Below the pieces are notes generated by a model. It was not told where the DNA came from. It did not search any database and worked only from the letters and a program-made list of their open reading frames with translations. Below, piece after piece: positions 29,578 through 39,565 of a stretch of 64,000 nucleotides of DNA (position 1 is the first letter of the stretch; each line of letters opens with the position of its first letter). Source of the DNA: Pseudomonadota bacterium (GTDB lineage: Bacteria > Bdellovibrionota_B > Oligoflexia > Silvanigrellales > Silvanigrellaceae); assembly GCA_039799905.1 (NCBI GenBank), contig JBDLRP010000021.1, positions 32,001-96,000 of the forward strand, read 5' to 3'. The translations under genes were made by a program, and so were the position numbers.

Positions 29578-30924
29578 ATGCTGTTTGCCGATAACCTGCT
29601 GCAAATGAACTGGCGAATCATCGTCGACATCGCTCTGGTGGCATTCATCTGCTACCAAATCATGAGCATGCTCAAAGGCACACGTGCAGTTCAGGTTATC
29701 ATCGGCATGGTTGTCATATTCATCGCCTATGCCCTGAGCGGATACCTCGAACTCAACACGCTCAATTGGATCATCTCAAAATTCTACTCGTCCATCATCG
29801 TTGTTGTGATTGTCCTTTTTCAAGACGACCTGAGGCGGTTGCTCACACGGGTGGGACGCGGTCCATTCATCCAAGGCATGGACGAAGACCTCGGAGTCCG
29901 CGCCATCGATGAAGTCATCAATGCGGCGCGCACGCTGAGTCACGAACGTGCGGGCGCAATCATCGTTTTTGAGCGTGGCATCGGTTTGGACAGGCTCTAC
30001 GATCACAGTGTCAAGATTGATGCGATGGTCAACGAGCAACTGCTGCTCTCCATCTTTCAGTCGTTTTCTCCCCTGCACGACGGGGCCGTCATTGTGCAAA
30101 AGGGACGCCTCACATGCGCGTCGGCACAGCTTCCGCTCTCCAAGAACCCGAGTTTCAGCAAAAAGATGGGCACCCGCCACAGCGCAGCAGTGGGAATCGC
30201 CGAAGAAACGGATGCAGTTGTGCTTGTCGTATCTGAAGAAACTGGTAATATTTCAGTTGCATGGGATGGCCAATTGCAAAGGCAACCGAATGCGGACGTG
30301 ACCCGCCGCCTGCTCATTACGCTGCTGATTCCACAGACGCGCGAAAAACGCACCGGCCTGCTGAGCTCCATGACCCTGCTCGGCAGAGTGCGCGATAAGT
30401 TTTTTGGACAACTTTCCAAGCCGCAGCAAGTGGCCACGGCTCACACAACACAAGGTGAATTCGCTCCGAATGTCCGCCGGCCCGCATGGGGAGACAGCAA
30501 ATCCACCGAGGCAACCATCCGCTCGGCCAGCGACAGCAATCGCCTGACCACCGTCGGCACGGTATCGACTCATGGCGATGAACAACAAAGATGGTCAATG
30601 AGCTTGCGACTCCCTCGACACCAACCGCAACGCAAGCAGGCTGAACCGCTATCACAAGTACAGATTCCAGAAGAACAGCCACAATCTTTGATTCAGGAGC
30701 CACTTTTTTCTGACGAAGAAATTTTTGAAGACGGAAGTGAAAAAAGCGATCACCGCTTTGTACCACCCATGCCTCCGGAACCTCCGCCGCGCGACGTTAC
30801 CGTGGGCGGAATCTCACTCAATCCGCCGATTGATCACAGCGAACCTCCTTCAAAGAGTCAGACTCCCGCTGAACCGGCCGAAATTGGGCGTGAAGATAAG
30901 AGCAGGAGGGACGAAAACAAATGA
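29578..30924 (+). CDS. cdaA: Diadenylate cyclase CdaA with long low-complexity C-terminal tail
   Basis: Three N-terminal TMs, FQDDLRR.L, PLHDGA, GTRHSAA, VSEETG. Confidence 0.93.
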   Translation: MLFADNLLQMNWRIIVDIALVAFICYQIMSMLKGTRAVQVIIGMVVIFIAYALSGYLELNTLNWIISKFYSSIIVVVIVLFQDDLRRLLTRVGRGPFIQGMDEDLGVRAIDEVINAARTLSHERAGAIIVFERGIGLDRLYDHSVKIDAMVNEQLLLSIFQSFSPLHDGAVIVQKGRLTCASAQLPLSKNPSFSKKMGTRHSAAVGIAEETDAVVLVVSEETGNISVAWDGQLQRQPNADVTRRLLITLLIPQTREKRTGLLSSMTLLGRVRDKFFGQLSKPQQVATAHTTQGEFAPNVRRPAWGDSKSTEATIRSASDSNRLTTVGTVSTHGDEQQRWSMSLRLPRHQPQRKQAEPLSQVQIPEEQPQSLIQEPLFSDEEIFEDGSEKSDHRFVPPMPPEPPPRDVTVGGISLNPPIDHSEPPSKSQTPAEPAEIGREDKSRRDENK

Positions 30925-31613
30925 ATGCTCCGATGTCGCTCGCATCCAGACTCCTAAGAACTCTGGTTCACAATCTCGGCCTCAAGCTGCTTTCGATTGG
31001 TTTTGCAATTGCGCTGTTTCTGATTGTACGAAGTCAGCAGGTGCGTGAGTTCAACCGCGCAGTCCGCGTGCGCCTGTTCACAGAAAACGGTGTCTTGGTC
31101 ATCGGCCCGCAGGAACGTGTTGCCAATATCACTTTGCGCATGCCAGACACACTCTTCACTCGACTGCCAACCGAAGAAGAGCTCACCGGAGAGGTTGATC
31201 TCCGCAAAGAAAATCTCGGCAAAATTCGCGTCAGTCTGTCAGGAGAGAATTTTCCCAATCTCGACAGACGCTACAGTGTCATCATCCATGATCCGTGGTT
31301 GGACATTGAACTCGACAAGCTTGTGCAAAAGAAAGTTCAAGTGAAGGCGGTGCTGCAGGGAGCGCCACGGACCGGCTATGAAATTCAACGGGTCACTATT
31401 GACCCCCCTGAAATTGAACTCTCGGGCGCAAGACAGGATCTTGCAAAACTCGAATCCATTTCGACGATACCAGTAGATGTCTCCAATCTGGGTCCCAAAG
31501 ACTACTCAGCACAGGCGGGAATGGCGCTAGATCTCAGCGCATCCATCAAACCGACCACAATTGACAAGGTGACCGTCAAAGTGAGCTTTGCCGAAAAAAA
31601 GGCTGTGCCGTAG
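30921..31613 (+). CDS. cdaR: CdaR/YbbR-like regulator
   Basis: N..LKLLSI..AI.L TM followed by YbbR-like domains; position between cdaA and glmM. Confidence 0.85.
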   Translation: MNAPMSLASRLLRTLVHNLGLKLLSIGFAIALFLIVRSQQVREFNRAVRVRLFTENGVLVIGPQERVANITLRMPDTLFTRLPTEEELTGEVDLRKENLGKIRVSLSGENFPNLDRRYSVIIHDPWLDIELDKLVQKKVQVKAVLQGAPRTGYEIQRVTIDPPEIELSGARQDLAKLESISTIPVDVSNLGPKDYSAQAGMALDLSASIKPTTIDKVTVKVSFAEKKAVP

Positions 31614-31655
31614 CAAAAAGACTCAACCATCGACGAAGCAAGGATCAGGCGAGTT

Positions 31656-33017
31656 ATGGGAAAATATTTCGGAACAGACGGAATTCGTGGTGAAGCCAAT
31701 GCCGGCGTGATGACGCCGTCCATGGTTTTGCGAATCGGCCAGGCGTTCGGTCTCGCACTGCGTGAAAAAAGCGAACGACCACGGGTGATCATCGGCAAAG
31801 ACACACGTGTCAGTGGATACATGCTCGAAGGAATTCTCTCTGCGGGTCTTTGTTCGGTCGGTGCAGATGTCTTGTTTGTCGGCCCGCTGCCGACACCGGG
31901 GGTCGCGTATCTGACACGCGGCATGCGCGCCTCGGCTGGCATCATGATCTCTGCAAGCCACAACCCGTTTCATGACAACGGGATCAAATTTTTTGACAAG
32001 AATGGTTTCAAGCTTCCTGATGCGGATGAGGAATTCATCGAAAGACTAATCGACGACCCGCACTTGGAAAACCGCGTCGTAAATGCTCAAAAGATCGGCC
32101 GCGCCAAGCGTATTGACGACGCGATTGGTCAGTATGCGGTGTTTCTTAAGGAACGCTTTCCAAAATCACTCAAACTCGACGGCATGAGGATTGTCGTCGA
32201 TTGCGCGCACGGCGCGGGCTATCGCGTCGGACCCAAAGTTCTGCGCGAACTGGGTGCCGAAGTTTTTGAAATTAACAACGAGCCCAATGGCTTCAACATC
32301 AACCTCGAAGCCGGAGCATTGCATCCAGACCGTTTGCGTGAAGAAGTTCTGCGCTACCGAGCCGACATCGGACTCGCTCTCGACGGTGATGCCGACAGGC
32401 TGGTGGCCGTCGATGAGAAGGGAAACATTCTCGACGGCGACCAGATCATTGCCATGTGCGCGCAAGAAATGCTCGCCACCGGTCAGCTGCTCAACAACAG
32501 TGTGGTCGTCACCGTAATGAGCAACAAAGGACTGGACGTAGCGCTCACAAAGGCCGGAGTGCAGGTGTTCAGAACTCCGGTGGGTGATCGCTACGTGGTC
32601 GAGGAAATGCGCCGGCGCAATATTGTTCTCGGCGGCGAGCAGAGCGGGCACCTTTTGTTTCTTGATTCGAGCACTACGGGAGATGCGATCATTGCAAGCC
32701 TGAAAGTTCTCGAGATGATGTGCCGGCGGAACAGGCCACTTTCGCTGCTGGCCGAAGTTATGCAAAAACTCCCTCAGGTGACTAGAAACGTGAAAGTTTC
32801 GCGCAAAATCCCGATCGAGCGGCTGCCCGAATTTGCCGCCCGTCTTGCGGAGGTCGAAAAGGAACTCGGTGAAGCAGGCCGTATCCTTTTTCGATACAGC
32901 GGAACCGAAACTCTGGCGCGCATCACCATTGAAGGTCCCGATCAGGTGACCATCCGCTCCTACGCACAAGAGCTGGAGCAAATCCTGCTCAACGAGATCT
33001 CACAACTGCGAAACTGA
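31656..33017 (+). CDS. glmM: Phosphoglucosamine mutase
   Basis: FGTDGIRG, ISASHNP, DGDADR, GGEQSGH, RYSGTE. Confidence 0.97.
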   Translation: MGKYFGTDGIRGEANAGVMTPSMVLRIGQAFGLALREKSERPRVIIGKDTRVSGYMLEGILSAGLCSVGADVLFVGPLPTPGVAYLTRGMRASAGIMISASHNPFHDNGIKFFDKNGFKLPDADEEFIERLIDDPHLENRVVNAQKIGRAKRIDDAIGQYAVFLKERFPKSLKLDGMRIVVDCAHGAGYRVGPKVLRELGAEVFEINNEPNGFNINLEAGALHPDRLREEVLRYRADIGLALDGDADRLVAVDEKGNILDGDQIIAMCAQEMLATGQLLNNSVVVTVMSNKGLDVALTKAGVQVFRTPVGDRYVVEEMRRRNIVLGGEQSGHLLFLDSSTTGDAIIASLKVLEMMCRRNRPLSLLAEVMQKLPQVTRNVKVSRKIPIERLPEFAARLAEVEKELGEAGRILFRYSGTETLARITIEGPDQVTIRSYAQELEQILLNEISQLRN

Positions 33018-33031
33018 GAGAGCCTTGCTGT

Positions 33032-34147
33032 ATGGAAGCTTCCTACAAACCAAAACGTTCACTGATGGATGAGGTCAAAACGGCTGTCACGGCAGTGCTT
33101 CCTGACCGAGGCAATCTCAACCGCAAGGTCAGATTGCAGTTTCTCAACAGCATCGTCAGGCCTGCGAGACGTGTGTCCAATTCCGATGTGGTTGGTTTCG
33201 CAGAAAAACAGATCGATCTGACGCTGGCTCGTGTCTTCAGGGAAGCATTGCAAAGGGTCGGCCTACAGTCATGCACGAGTGACAACCAATACGGCCAACT
33301 GCATTACTACGATTCCCACCCGGGCTCCAAAGAACCTCCTTTGGTGATGATTCACGGAATTGGCAGTAGTGGACAGTGTTTCGCGATTCTTGCGCTGATG
33401 CTCAAGAACAAGCGGCGGGTCGTTTTACCCGATCTGTTTCACTTTTCGGGATTCAGTCATCCGAACAACCCCGTCATGAGCAGAGCTGAGCATACCGATT
33501 GTCTGTTTGAATTCATTTCAGGGCTTTCGGACAAGCCCGCAGATGTTGTTGGGCTGAGCCTCGGCGGCTGGCTCGCCATGTCTCTTGCAGTCAAAAATCC
33601 CCAACTGGTCAGTAGCCTCACCCTGCTCAACCCCGGCGGACTCGATTACCGCACGTACGCGTTGCGCGACACGCTGCTCTACCTGAGCTGGAGCAAGTTT
33701 CACAGTTTATATCCAGGTATCATGAGCGGATTTCCTTATGCAGGCATACCGCTCGTCAGTTCGGTGATGAAACGCGGACTGTATCGTGTGCTCAAAGATG
33801 ACGGGGTTCGTGATTTTGTGAAAACCGTCGATACTGAAGATTTTCTCGACAAAGATTTGAAAAAAATAAAGTGTCCGACACTTCTCATGTGGGGAATGGA
33901 AGACAAGCTCCTCTCTTCCGAATCGCCGCTCATGCTGGTCAACTCGATTTCGGATTGTCGGGGCTATTGGGTGCGCGATGCTGCACATATTCTTTGTCTT
34001 GAGGCTCCCGTCAACGTCTATGAATGTCTGGTCCGTTTTCTTGACCTTGGCAAAATTGAAGACAACAATTTCGTGACCTTGGTGCGCAACTCACATCGCG
34101 TTTACCCGATGCAGGCCATCAGCACCGAAGACTCTGACGATCGTTGA
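33032..34147 (+). CDS. Alpha/beta fold hydrolase
   Basis: IHG, GLSLGG, WG.ED, H triad candidate. Confidence 0.85.
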   Translation: MEASYKPKRSLMDEVKTAVTAVLPDRGNLNRKVRLQFLNSIVRPARRVSNSDVVGFAEKQIDLTLARVFREALQRVGLQSCTSDNQYGQLHYYDSHPGSKEPPLVMIHGIGSSGQCFAILALMLKNKRRVVLPDLFHFSGFSHPNNPVMSRAEHTDCLFEFISGLSDKPADVVGLSLGGWLAMSLAVKNPQLVSSLTLLNPGGLDYRTYALRDTLLYLSWSKFHSLYPGIMSGFPYAGIPLVSSVMKRGLYRVLKDDGVRDFVKTVDTEDFLDKDLKKIKCPTLLMWGMEDKLLSSESPLMLVNSISDCRGYWVRDAAHILCLEAPVNVYECLVRFLDLGKIEDNNFVTLVRNSHRVYPMQAISTEDSDDR

Positions 34148-34156
34148 GGGATTCGC

Positions 34157-35242
34157 ATGTCAACTCAGGATTCAGTGTTCACTCAATTCATGGAGCATCT
34201 TTTTGCCGGAGCCAGGCTGCAACGGCAGGAAGTAAAAAACTTTATGGATGCCATCCTCCGTTCCAATCTATCGGACGTGCGGATCTCATCCATTTTAACT
34301 GCATTCAGACTCATCCCGCTATCTCAGGAGATTGTCTTGGGTGCACTCGACAGCTTGACACAGCTGTCAGCTCAGCCGCCCATAAGTCAACACGGTAAAG
34401 CAGCCCCGCCTCCGCCACCATTCAAAAAAGAAATGCATTTGGTCGACAATTCCGGAACGGGTGGTGACGGCTCAAACACATTCAACATATCGACCATGGC
34501 AGCAGTCGTTGCGGCGGCCTGCGGCGCAAAGGTTGCCAAGTTCGGCAGCCGCTCCATTTCTAGCCGATGTGGAAGTGCAGACGTGCTCGAGGCGCTCGGC
34601 GTGAGTCTGTCGAAAAGTGTTGTCGGCATGCAGGCGCAGCTCGACGAAATGGGCCTTTCGTTTTTGTATGCGCCCGCCCTTTTTCCGGCCCTTCAACACC
34701 TTGGCGTCATGCGCAAAAGTTTGGGGTTTCACACAATCTTCGATCTGTTGGTTCCGCTTGCAAATCCGGCTCCGCTGAGCGGACAATTGGTCGGAGTTTA
34801 TTCGCCCGACATTCAAATCCTCGTCTCCCGCTGCCTGCAGGATCTCGGACGCGAGCGGGCGCTTGTCGTTCACAGTGAAGATGGACTCGACGAATTGTCG
34901 GTCTGCGGCCCTTCGCGAGTCATCCAGCTTGTGGACGGAAGACAAAACGCAGAAATCTGGACTCCGGCGGATTTTGGCATACCGACCTACAAGAAGGACG
35001 CACTGCGAGGTGCCGGTATCGAGGAAAATGCACAATGTTTTGTGAGCACTCTGCGCGGCGAAAACTCGGGAGCCGTTGAGGATGCCGTCGTGATCAACGC
35101 GGCCGCAACGCTCTGGTGCGCAGCCAAGGTCTCCACTCTCAAAGGCGGAATCGACTCGGCGCGTGAGGCAATCCACAACGGAAGTGCCTCACGGACCCTC
35201 GATTTGTGGCGGAAAAAATCCCTTGAATCTCCAAGTCATTAA
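34157..35242 (+). CDS. trpD: Anthranilate phosphoribosyltransferase (divergent)
   Basis: GTGGDG..TFNIST, GSADVLEALG, DGLDE. Confidence 0.85.
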   Translation: MSTQDSVFTQFMEHLFAGARLQRQEVKNFMDAILRSNLSDVRISSILTAFRLIPLSQEIVLGALDSLTQLSAQPPISQHGKAAPPPPPFKKEMHLVDNSGTGGDGSNTFNISTMAAVVAAACGAKVAKFGSRSISSRCGSADVLEALGVSLSKSVVGMQAQLDEMGLSFLYAPALFPALQHLGVMRKSLGFHTIFDLLVPLANPAPLSGQLVGVYSPDIQILVSRCLQDLGRERALVVHSEDGLDELSVCGPSRVIQLVDGRQNAEIWTPADFGIPTYKKDALRGAGIEENAQCFVSTLRGENSGAVEDAVVINAAATLWCAAKVSTLKGGIDSAREAIHNGSASRTLDLWRKKSLESPSH

Positions 35243-36002
35243 TACTTTCGTCGAGCTCGAAAAAACCGCAGCGCAACACTGGTGGACTGCCGAAGACCGC
35301 ACAGCCTGGCGTGATGACCTCCTGCGCCGCCGCGAAAATATCGAGCCCGCGGCGCTTAAAACCTGCCTAGGAAGCGGTCTCACCATCGTACCGATCCACT
35401 TGTGGGATTCTGAACTCAGACAGTGTTTTATGCAGGTTGATGCTGATCCCGAAGAACAAGATGCCACAGACCTTTTCGCACAGCTCGACGCCCTGCAGGC
35501 AAACCAACTTTGCGGATTGTTTCCACGCCCGGGTTTCTGGATGGAATCTTCGTGGTCTGAAGAGGAATCTGCACTCCGTGACGCACTCACCCGCGCAAGT
35601 GCCACACGTGCGCTTGTGCTCCGCTGCGGGTTCATCACCGAACAGACGGATGTCTTGATGGCAGCCGACCTCGGCTTTTCAGGCATTCAGATTCACGCGG
35701 CCGAGCTCGATTTGTTCGAGCTGCAGTTCCTCATAGAACTGGCCCGCGACTGCAGGTTGTCACCTGTCGTCTCAGTTGAAAACAGCAAGCAAATGGAAAT
35801 AGTCCTGCAAACCGACGCACCGCACATTGCGCTTTGCTGTCTGGCGGCAAATGGAAGGGAGCAATCCATCCGCTTTGTCCAACAAACCCTCCCGCGCATT
35901 CCCGCAAACTGCACAAGAATGATTGTCAGCGGTGGATTTTCGCAAACCGAGATGCAACATCTTGGCAATCTCGGTGCCGGAACCATTTTGAACCTTGGTT
36001 AG
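35223..36002 (+). CDS. Indole-3-glycerol phosphate synthase-like protein lacking catalytic residues
   Basis: Follows trpD; VLRCGFI....V..A...G..GI....A.LD..EL..L...A....L..VV.V aligns with the TrpC barrel; start uncertain (TTG 35223 or GTG 35163). Confidence 0.65.
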   Translation: MNLQVINTFVELEKTAAQHWWTAEDRTAWRDDLLRRRENIEPAALKTCLGSGLTIVPIHLWDSELRQCFMQVDADPEEQDATDLFAQLDALQANQLCGLFPRPGFWMESSWSEEESALRDALTRASATRALVLRCGFITEQTDVLMAADLGFSGIQIHAAELDLFELQFLIELARDCRLSPVVSVENSKQMEIVLQTDAPHIALCCLAANGREQSIRFVQQTLPRIPANCTRMIVSGGFSQTEMQHLGNLGAGTILNLG

Positions 36003-37072
36003 GCCTCTTCTTTCGCCCTGCGCTCGAGGAACTGATCAATCCTCTGCCGCCAAGGCTCTGAACCGACCACCAGATTGTCACGGATGTAGAGAAACACGCC
36101 CACGCCAGCAAGCATTGTCACAAAGCACAGGATCTGACCCATGGTCAGCGTGTTGTTGAAATAATATTTGAGCTGTTCGTCGGCCTCTCGGTAAAACTCC
36201 ATGAAAAAGCGGTAAAAGCCATAAAAGAAGACGAACGCAGCACCGGTGGTTCCCTCTCTCAGCCTTAAGCGGCGGATAATGACGAGGGTCAGAAACAACA
36301 ACCAGCCCTCACCGAGACTCTGGTACAATTGGCTCGGATGACGCGGAAGATCGCCACCGGTTGGAAACACCATCGCCCAAGGAACGTGATCTGAAATGAC
36401 TCTCCCGTAGAGTTCGCCATTCATGAAATTGCCGATACGTCCGAGTCCGATTCCGACAGGTACCGTAAAGGCGAGCTGATCGGAAAGATGCCAGAAGTTG
36501 ATTCCGTGCCGGCGGCAGAAGATTACGATGGCAGTGATCACGCCGACTATTCCGCCGTGGAAAGACAGTCCGCCCTCCCACACCTTCAGAGCATCGAGCG
36601 GCGCCTTGGAGTATGCATCCCAGTTGTAAATGAAGACATAGGCTGTACGGGCGCCAATGATCATACCGAACATCAGATACGCGATCAGTGAATCCAACAA
36701 CATTGGCGTCAACATGATCGAGCGCTTTTTAATCCAGTGCCTGCAGCACATGTAAGTAAAAATGAATGCAAGCAGATACATCGTCGAGTACCAGCGCAGT
36801 CCCCAGTTAATGCCTGCCTTGTGCAAAGAAAAAAACACGCTGACGAGAACTGACAGCAGGACGAACATCGGACGCAGCATATAGATGCGCTCCAGATGTT
36901 TCTCGGAGAGTTCACGGACACGGGGCCAACCCCAAAGCACCGCAAGACCGATCAGGAACAGCGAAAGCAGTGCGGCGATTCCACCGCCGGTGGACATCCA
37001 GTCAAGCTTGAGACCTTCGATAGTAAAAATAAACGGACTCAATTCGTGCTTGTAATACGCGCCGTTCGCCAT
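35999..37072 (-). CDS. lgt: Prolipoprotein diacylglyceryl transferase
   Basis: RWY, GGLSFHGG, GRIGNFMNGELYGR, RHPSQLY, RFFMEF.RE. Confidence 0.95.
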   Translation of the reverse strand: MANGAYYKHELSPFIFTIEGLKLDWMSTGGGIAALLSLFLIGLAVLWGWPRVRELSEKHLERIYMLRPMFVLLSVLVSVFFSLHKAGINWGLRWYSTMYLLAFIFTYMCCRHWIKKRSIMLTPMLLDSLIAYLMFGMIIGARTAYVFIYNWDAYSKAPLDALKVWEGGLSFHGGIVGVITAIVIFCRRHGINFWHLSDQLAFTVPVGIGLGRIGNFMNGELYGRVISDHVPWAMVFPTGGDLPRHPSQLYQSLGEGWLLFLTLVIIRRLRLREGTTGAAFVFFYGFYRFFMEFYREADEQLKYYFNNTLTMGQILCFVTMLAGVGVFLYIRDNLVVGSEPWRQRIDQFLERRAKEEA

Positions 37073-37213
37073 TCATATTCCCCAATTCAATTTCCAAATG
37101 TACGATCCGAAAACAAAAAAATATTTTTGAAGATACACCGCGCTGCTTGATTTGCCAAAAGTCATCCGCTACAGTTTCAAAAGACACATCCGTGTTCAAT
37201 CAAAGGAGTCGCA

Positions 37214-37537
37214 ATGGCCAACAACACTGTTTCCACGCAGCAACTCATTTCCGCGGTTGCAGAGAAGTTCACTGACAAGCTTCCAAAGAAGATGACCAAG
37301 ACACTTCTCACAGAGTTCCTCTCAACAATCGAGTCCGAAATTGCTGCAGGAAACAAAGCACGCATCGACAAACTCGGCATCCTGTTTGCCAAAGAGCGCG
37401 CTGCACGCACGGGTCGCAACCCGCAGACTGGTGAAACCATCGCCATTCCTGCATCCAAGAAGGTCAGCTTCCGCGCTGCCAAGTCGCTCAAGGAAGCTGT
37501 AGGAACCGTTCGCAAGTCCGGTAAAAGCAAGCGCTGA
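37214..37537 (+). CDS. hup: HU family DNA-binding protein
   Basis: RAARTGRNPQTGE.I.IPA....FRA.K.LKEAV. Confidence 0.93.
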   Translation: MANNTVSTQQLISAVAEKFTDKLPKKMTKTLLTEFLSTIESEIAAGNKARIDKLGILFAKERAARTGRNPQTGETIAIPASKKVSFRAAKSLKEAVGTVRKSGKSKR

Positions 37538-37576
37538 GTCGAAGTGCCGGCAGTGAATCTGCCTGCAGACAAGAAG

Positions 37577-37605
37577 AGGTCGACCCACAGGTTGACCTTT
37601 TTTTT
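37577..37605 (+). terminator. Intrinsic terminator after HU gene
   Basis: AGGTCGACC-CACA-GGTTGACCT stem-loop followed by a T run. Confidence 0.85.
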
Positions 37606-37643
37606 ATCGACAACCGATCTGTCTCAAAATCTAGTTTTAATTT

Positions 37644-38246
37644 TTAAAATTCAAACCGGATGTCTGTTCCGAAATTGAAAGATCCGCCGTCCACATCGGA
37701 AAGAAAAATCTTCTGCACGCGGACATTGATCTGCAGCACTTTGGGAATGAGCGGTACACCAAGCCAGAACTTAAGCGCAGGTGCAGTGGCATTCTCGCTC
37801 CAGCGGGTTGCGGTAGTTTCGTTTAAAACGTATTCGCCAGTACTCAACTCGGAAGATTTCGAAACTGACGTCAGGCCGAGAGAAGCGCCGACGGGGAGCC
37901 AGTAGGTATTTTCGACTCCAGCGTCTGCCGAAAGTCTGAATTCAGACGTCGATATTCCGATTTGTTTCCGGTTATTCGGAATATTTTGCAAATCCTCAAA
38001 ATCAAAATCCAGCAGAAGCTCACTTTTGAAAAATTCTAAATCCCAATGAACTCCTGCGCCGACCGTCCAAGAATCCTGAAGGTAGACTTCTTGTGAGTAG
38101 AGCCGTGTCGGCCTGAAATTCATACCCAACGATGCATTGTAACGACTCGGCAAAATCCCCTGCGGTATTTCAAAAGCAAAAGATTCATGCGGCTGCGTGG
38201 CAGAGAGAAAGCTTGTGCACAAAAACAGTCTGACAAGATTTCTCAT
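37644..38246 (-). CDS. Putative small outer-membrane beta-barrel protein
   Basis: Signal peptide from MRNLVR; alternating strands; C-terminal IRFEF; ATGA overlap. Confidence 0.6.
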   Translation of the reverse strand: MRNLVRLFLCTSFLSATQPHESFAFEIPQGILPSRYNASLGMNFRPTRLYSQEVYLQDSWTVGAGVHWDLEFFKSELLLDFDFEDLQNIPNNRKQIGISTSEFRLSADAGVENTYWLPVGASLGLTSVSKSSELSTGEYVLNETTATRWSENATAPALKFWLGVPLIPKVLQINVRVQKIFLSDVDGGSFNFGTDIRFEF

Positions 38247-39565
38247 GGGCACCCCCCACGGGCGGAAACCGGAAACCCTGAGGTTCCGAAGTATTTTATA
38301 ATTGCAGAGCAATAACTTTGCCGCAGAGCAGGCTCCGCAGACTCAATCAGAGACTCAAAAAACGCAGCCAGAAGATCCCCGTCGTTGAACGGTCTCAGAG
38401 TGTCTCTCGACAAGCAGTTGCGAACACTGGCATCAAGGTCCGGCAATCTCTCGCCTTGGTTCTCGCGCAGCAGATTTCCAACTGTCTCCTTGAGCGACAC
38501 AACTTCCCGAAGGAAGGTCTGTCTCGATTGAATACTCTTAGCGTCGAGCCCGCGCGAATTAAAGACCTCGAAAAGCGTCTTTGCCCAGAGTGTACCGATG
38601 CAATAAAAGCGGCCCTGGCAAGCCAGCGATTCTTTTGTTGAATATGTCTCATAATCGAGAGCGAACTTTGAAAAATCGCGTTCGCGTGTTGCCAGTGAAT
38701 CACCCACCGAGGATTGCAGAATATTCGTCGAGCCTGTCCAGACGAAACTGACAAAATCAGCAAAACCCTCATTGATTCCGCGGACGATAAATTCAGTTTC
38801 AAGACGCCCTTTAAAGAGTCTGTCTTCGTACTCCTGTCCGGGTGTACAACGTTCGTATTTGTTTGCAAAAAATGATCGTTCAAATATTGCATGCCCAAAC
38901 TCGTGGGCCAGTACCTGCGGATTGAAGCTCATCGGCACGCGCTCTGAATTGCCAAGGGAGAACAGAGCGAATTGCTTGGCACCGGCAACGTAAGCAGCGT
39001 TGCTATTCTCGTATTTTCTCGTCTGTTCACCTGAATCCGTTATCTCAATGGATGGATGGAAGATGATGCTGAACTGGTCGTAACCCTGAAAAAATTCGCT
39101 TGGCTGTTTTCCTGTCAAGTCTTGCACTTTATTGATGAGCGCGTCGAACTGATATCCTGCCGACAGCATGGCGAGCGACTTTGAGTTTAAAGGTTTTACC
39201 ACTCCGTCCACAGTGCGGTATTCGAGCCTCGGAATTGTATAGCCCGTGAATTCGCTGTTCGTGATCACTGTGCCGATGGATTCCTGAATCCGCAGATCAC
39301 CTCCGAGAAGCATTCGGAAACGAGGCCCGCTCAGGTTTTCGACGTTGTTCATTTCGGCAAAAGTTTGCGGCCCGTAGCGAAACTTTGGGATGTCGCTCGG
39401 ATCATTGATGACCGAAGAATCAAACGTCAGTACATCGCCGCGAATGGCCTGACCTGCAGGAAATTTTTCATATTTTTGCGCACATGCTGCAACCGCAAAG
39501 TTCACCAGGAAAAAGAGGGTACGGACCTTTTTTTGCATCGGTCTGCGTTTGGCGAAATGAATCAT
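38243..39565 (-). CDS. Lipoprotein zinc metallopeptidase (gluzincin, M4/M36-like)
   Basis: Lipobox AVAAC; NAAY; AHEFGH; downstream NEGFADF third ligand. Confidence 0.82.
   Translation of the reverse strand: MIHFAKRRPMQKKVRTLFFLVNFAVAACAQKYEKFPAGQAIRGDVLTFDSSVINDPSDIPKFRYGPQTFAEMNNVENLSGPRFRMLLGGDLRIQESIGTVITNSEFTGYTIPRLEYRTVDGVVKPLNSKSLAMLSAGYQFDALINKVQDLTGKQPSEFFQGYDQFSIIFHPSIEITDSGEQTRKYENSNAAYVAGAKQFALFSLGNSERVPMSFNPQVLAHEFGHAIFERSFFANKYERCTPGQEYEDRLFKGRLETEFIVRGINEGFADFVSFVWTGSTNILQSSVGDSLATRERDFSKFALDYETYSTKESLACQGRFYCIGTLWAKTLFEVFNSRGLDAKSIQSRQTFLREVVSLKETVGNLLRENQGERLPDLDASVRNCLSRDTLRPFNDGDLLAAFFESLIESAEPALRQSYCSAIIKYFGTSGFPVSARGGCP

Noticed and set aside
32166..32981. 271 aa antisense ORF
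   Set aside because: Shadow of glmM with no motifs
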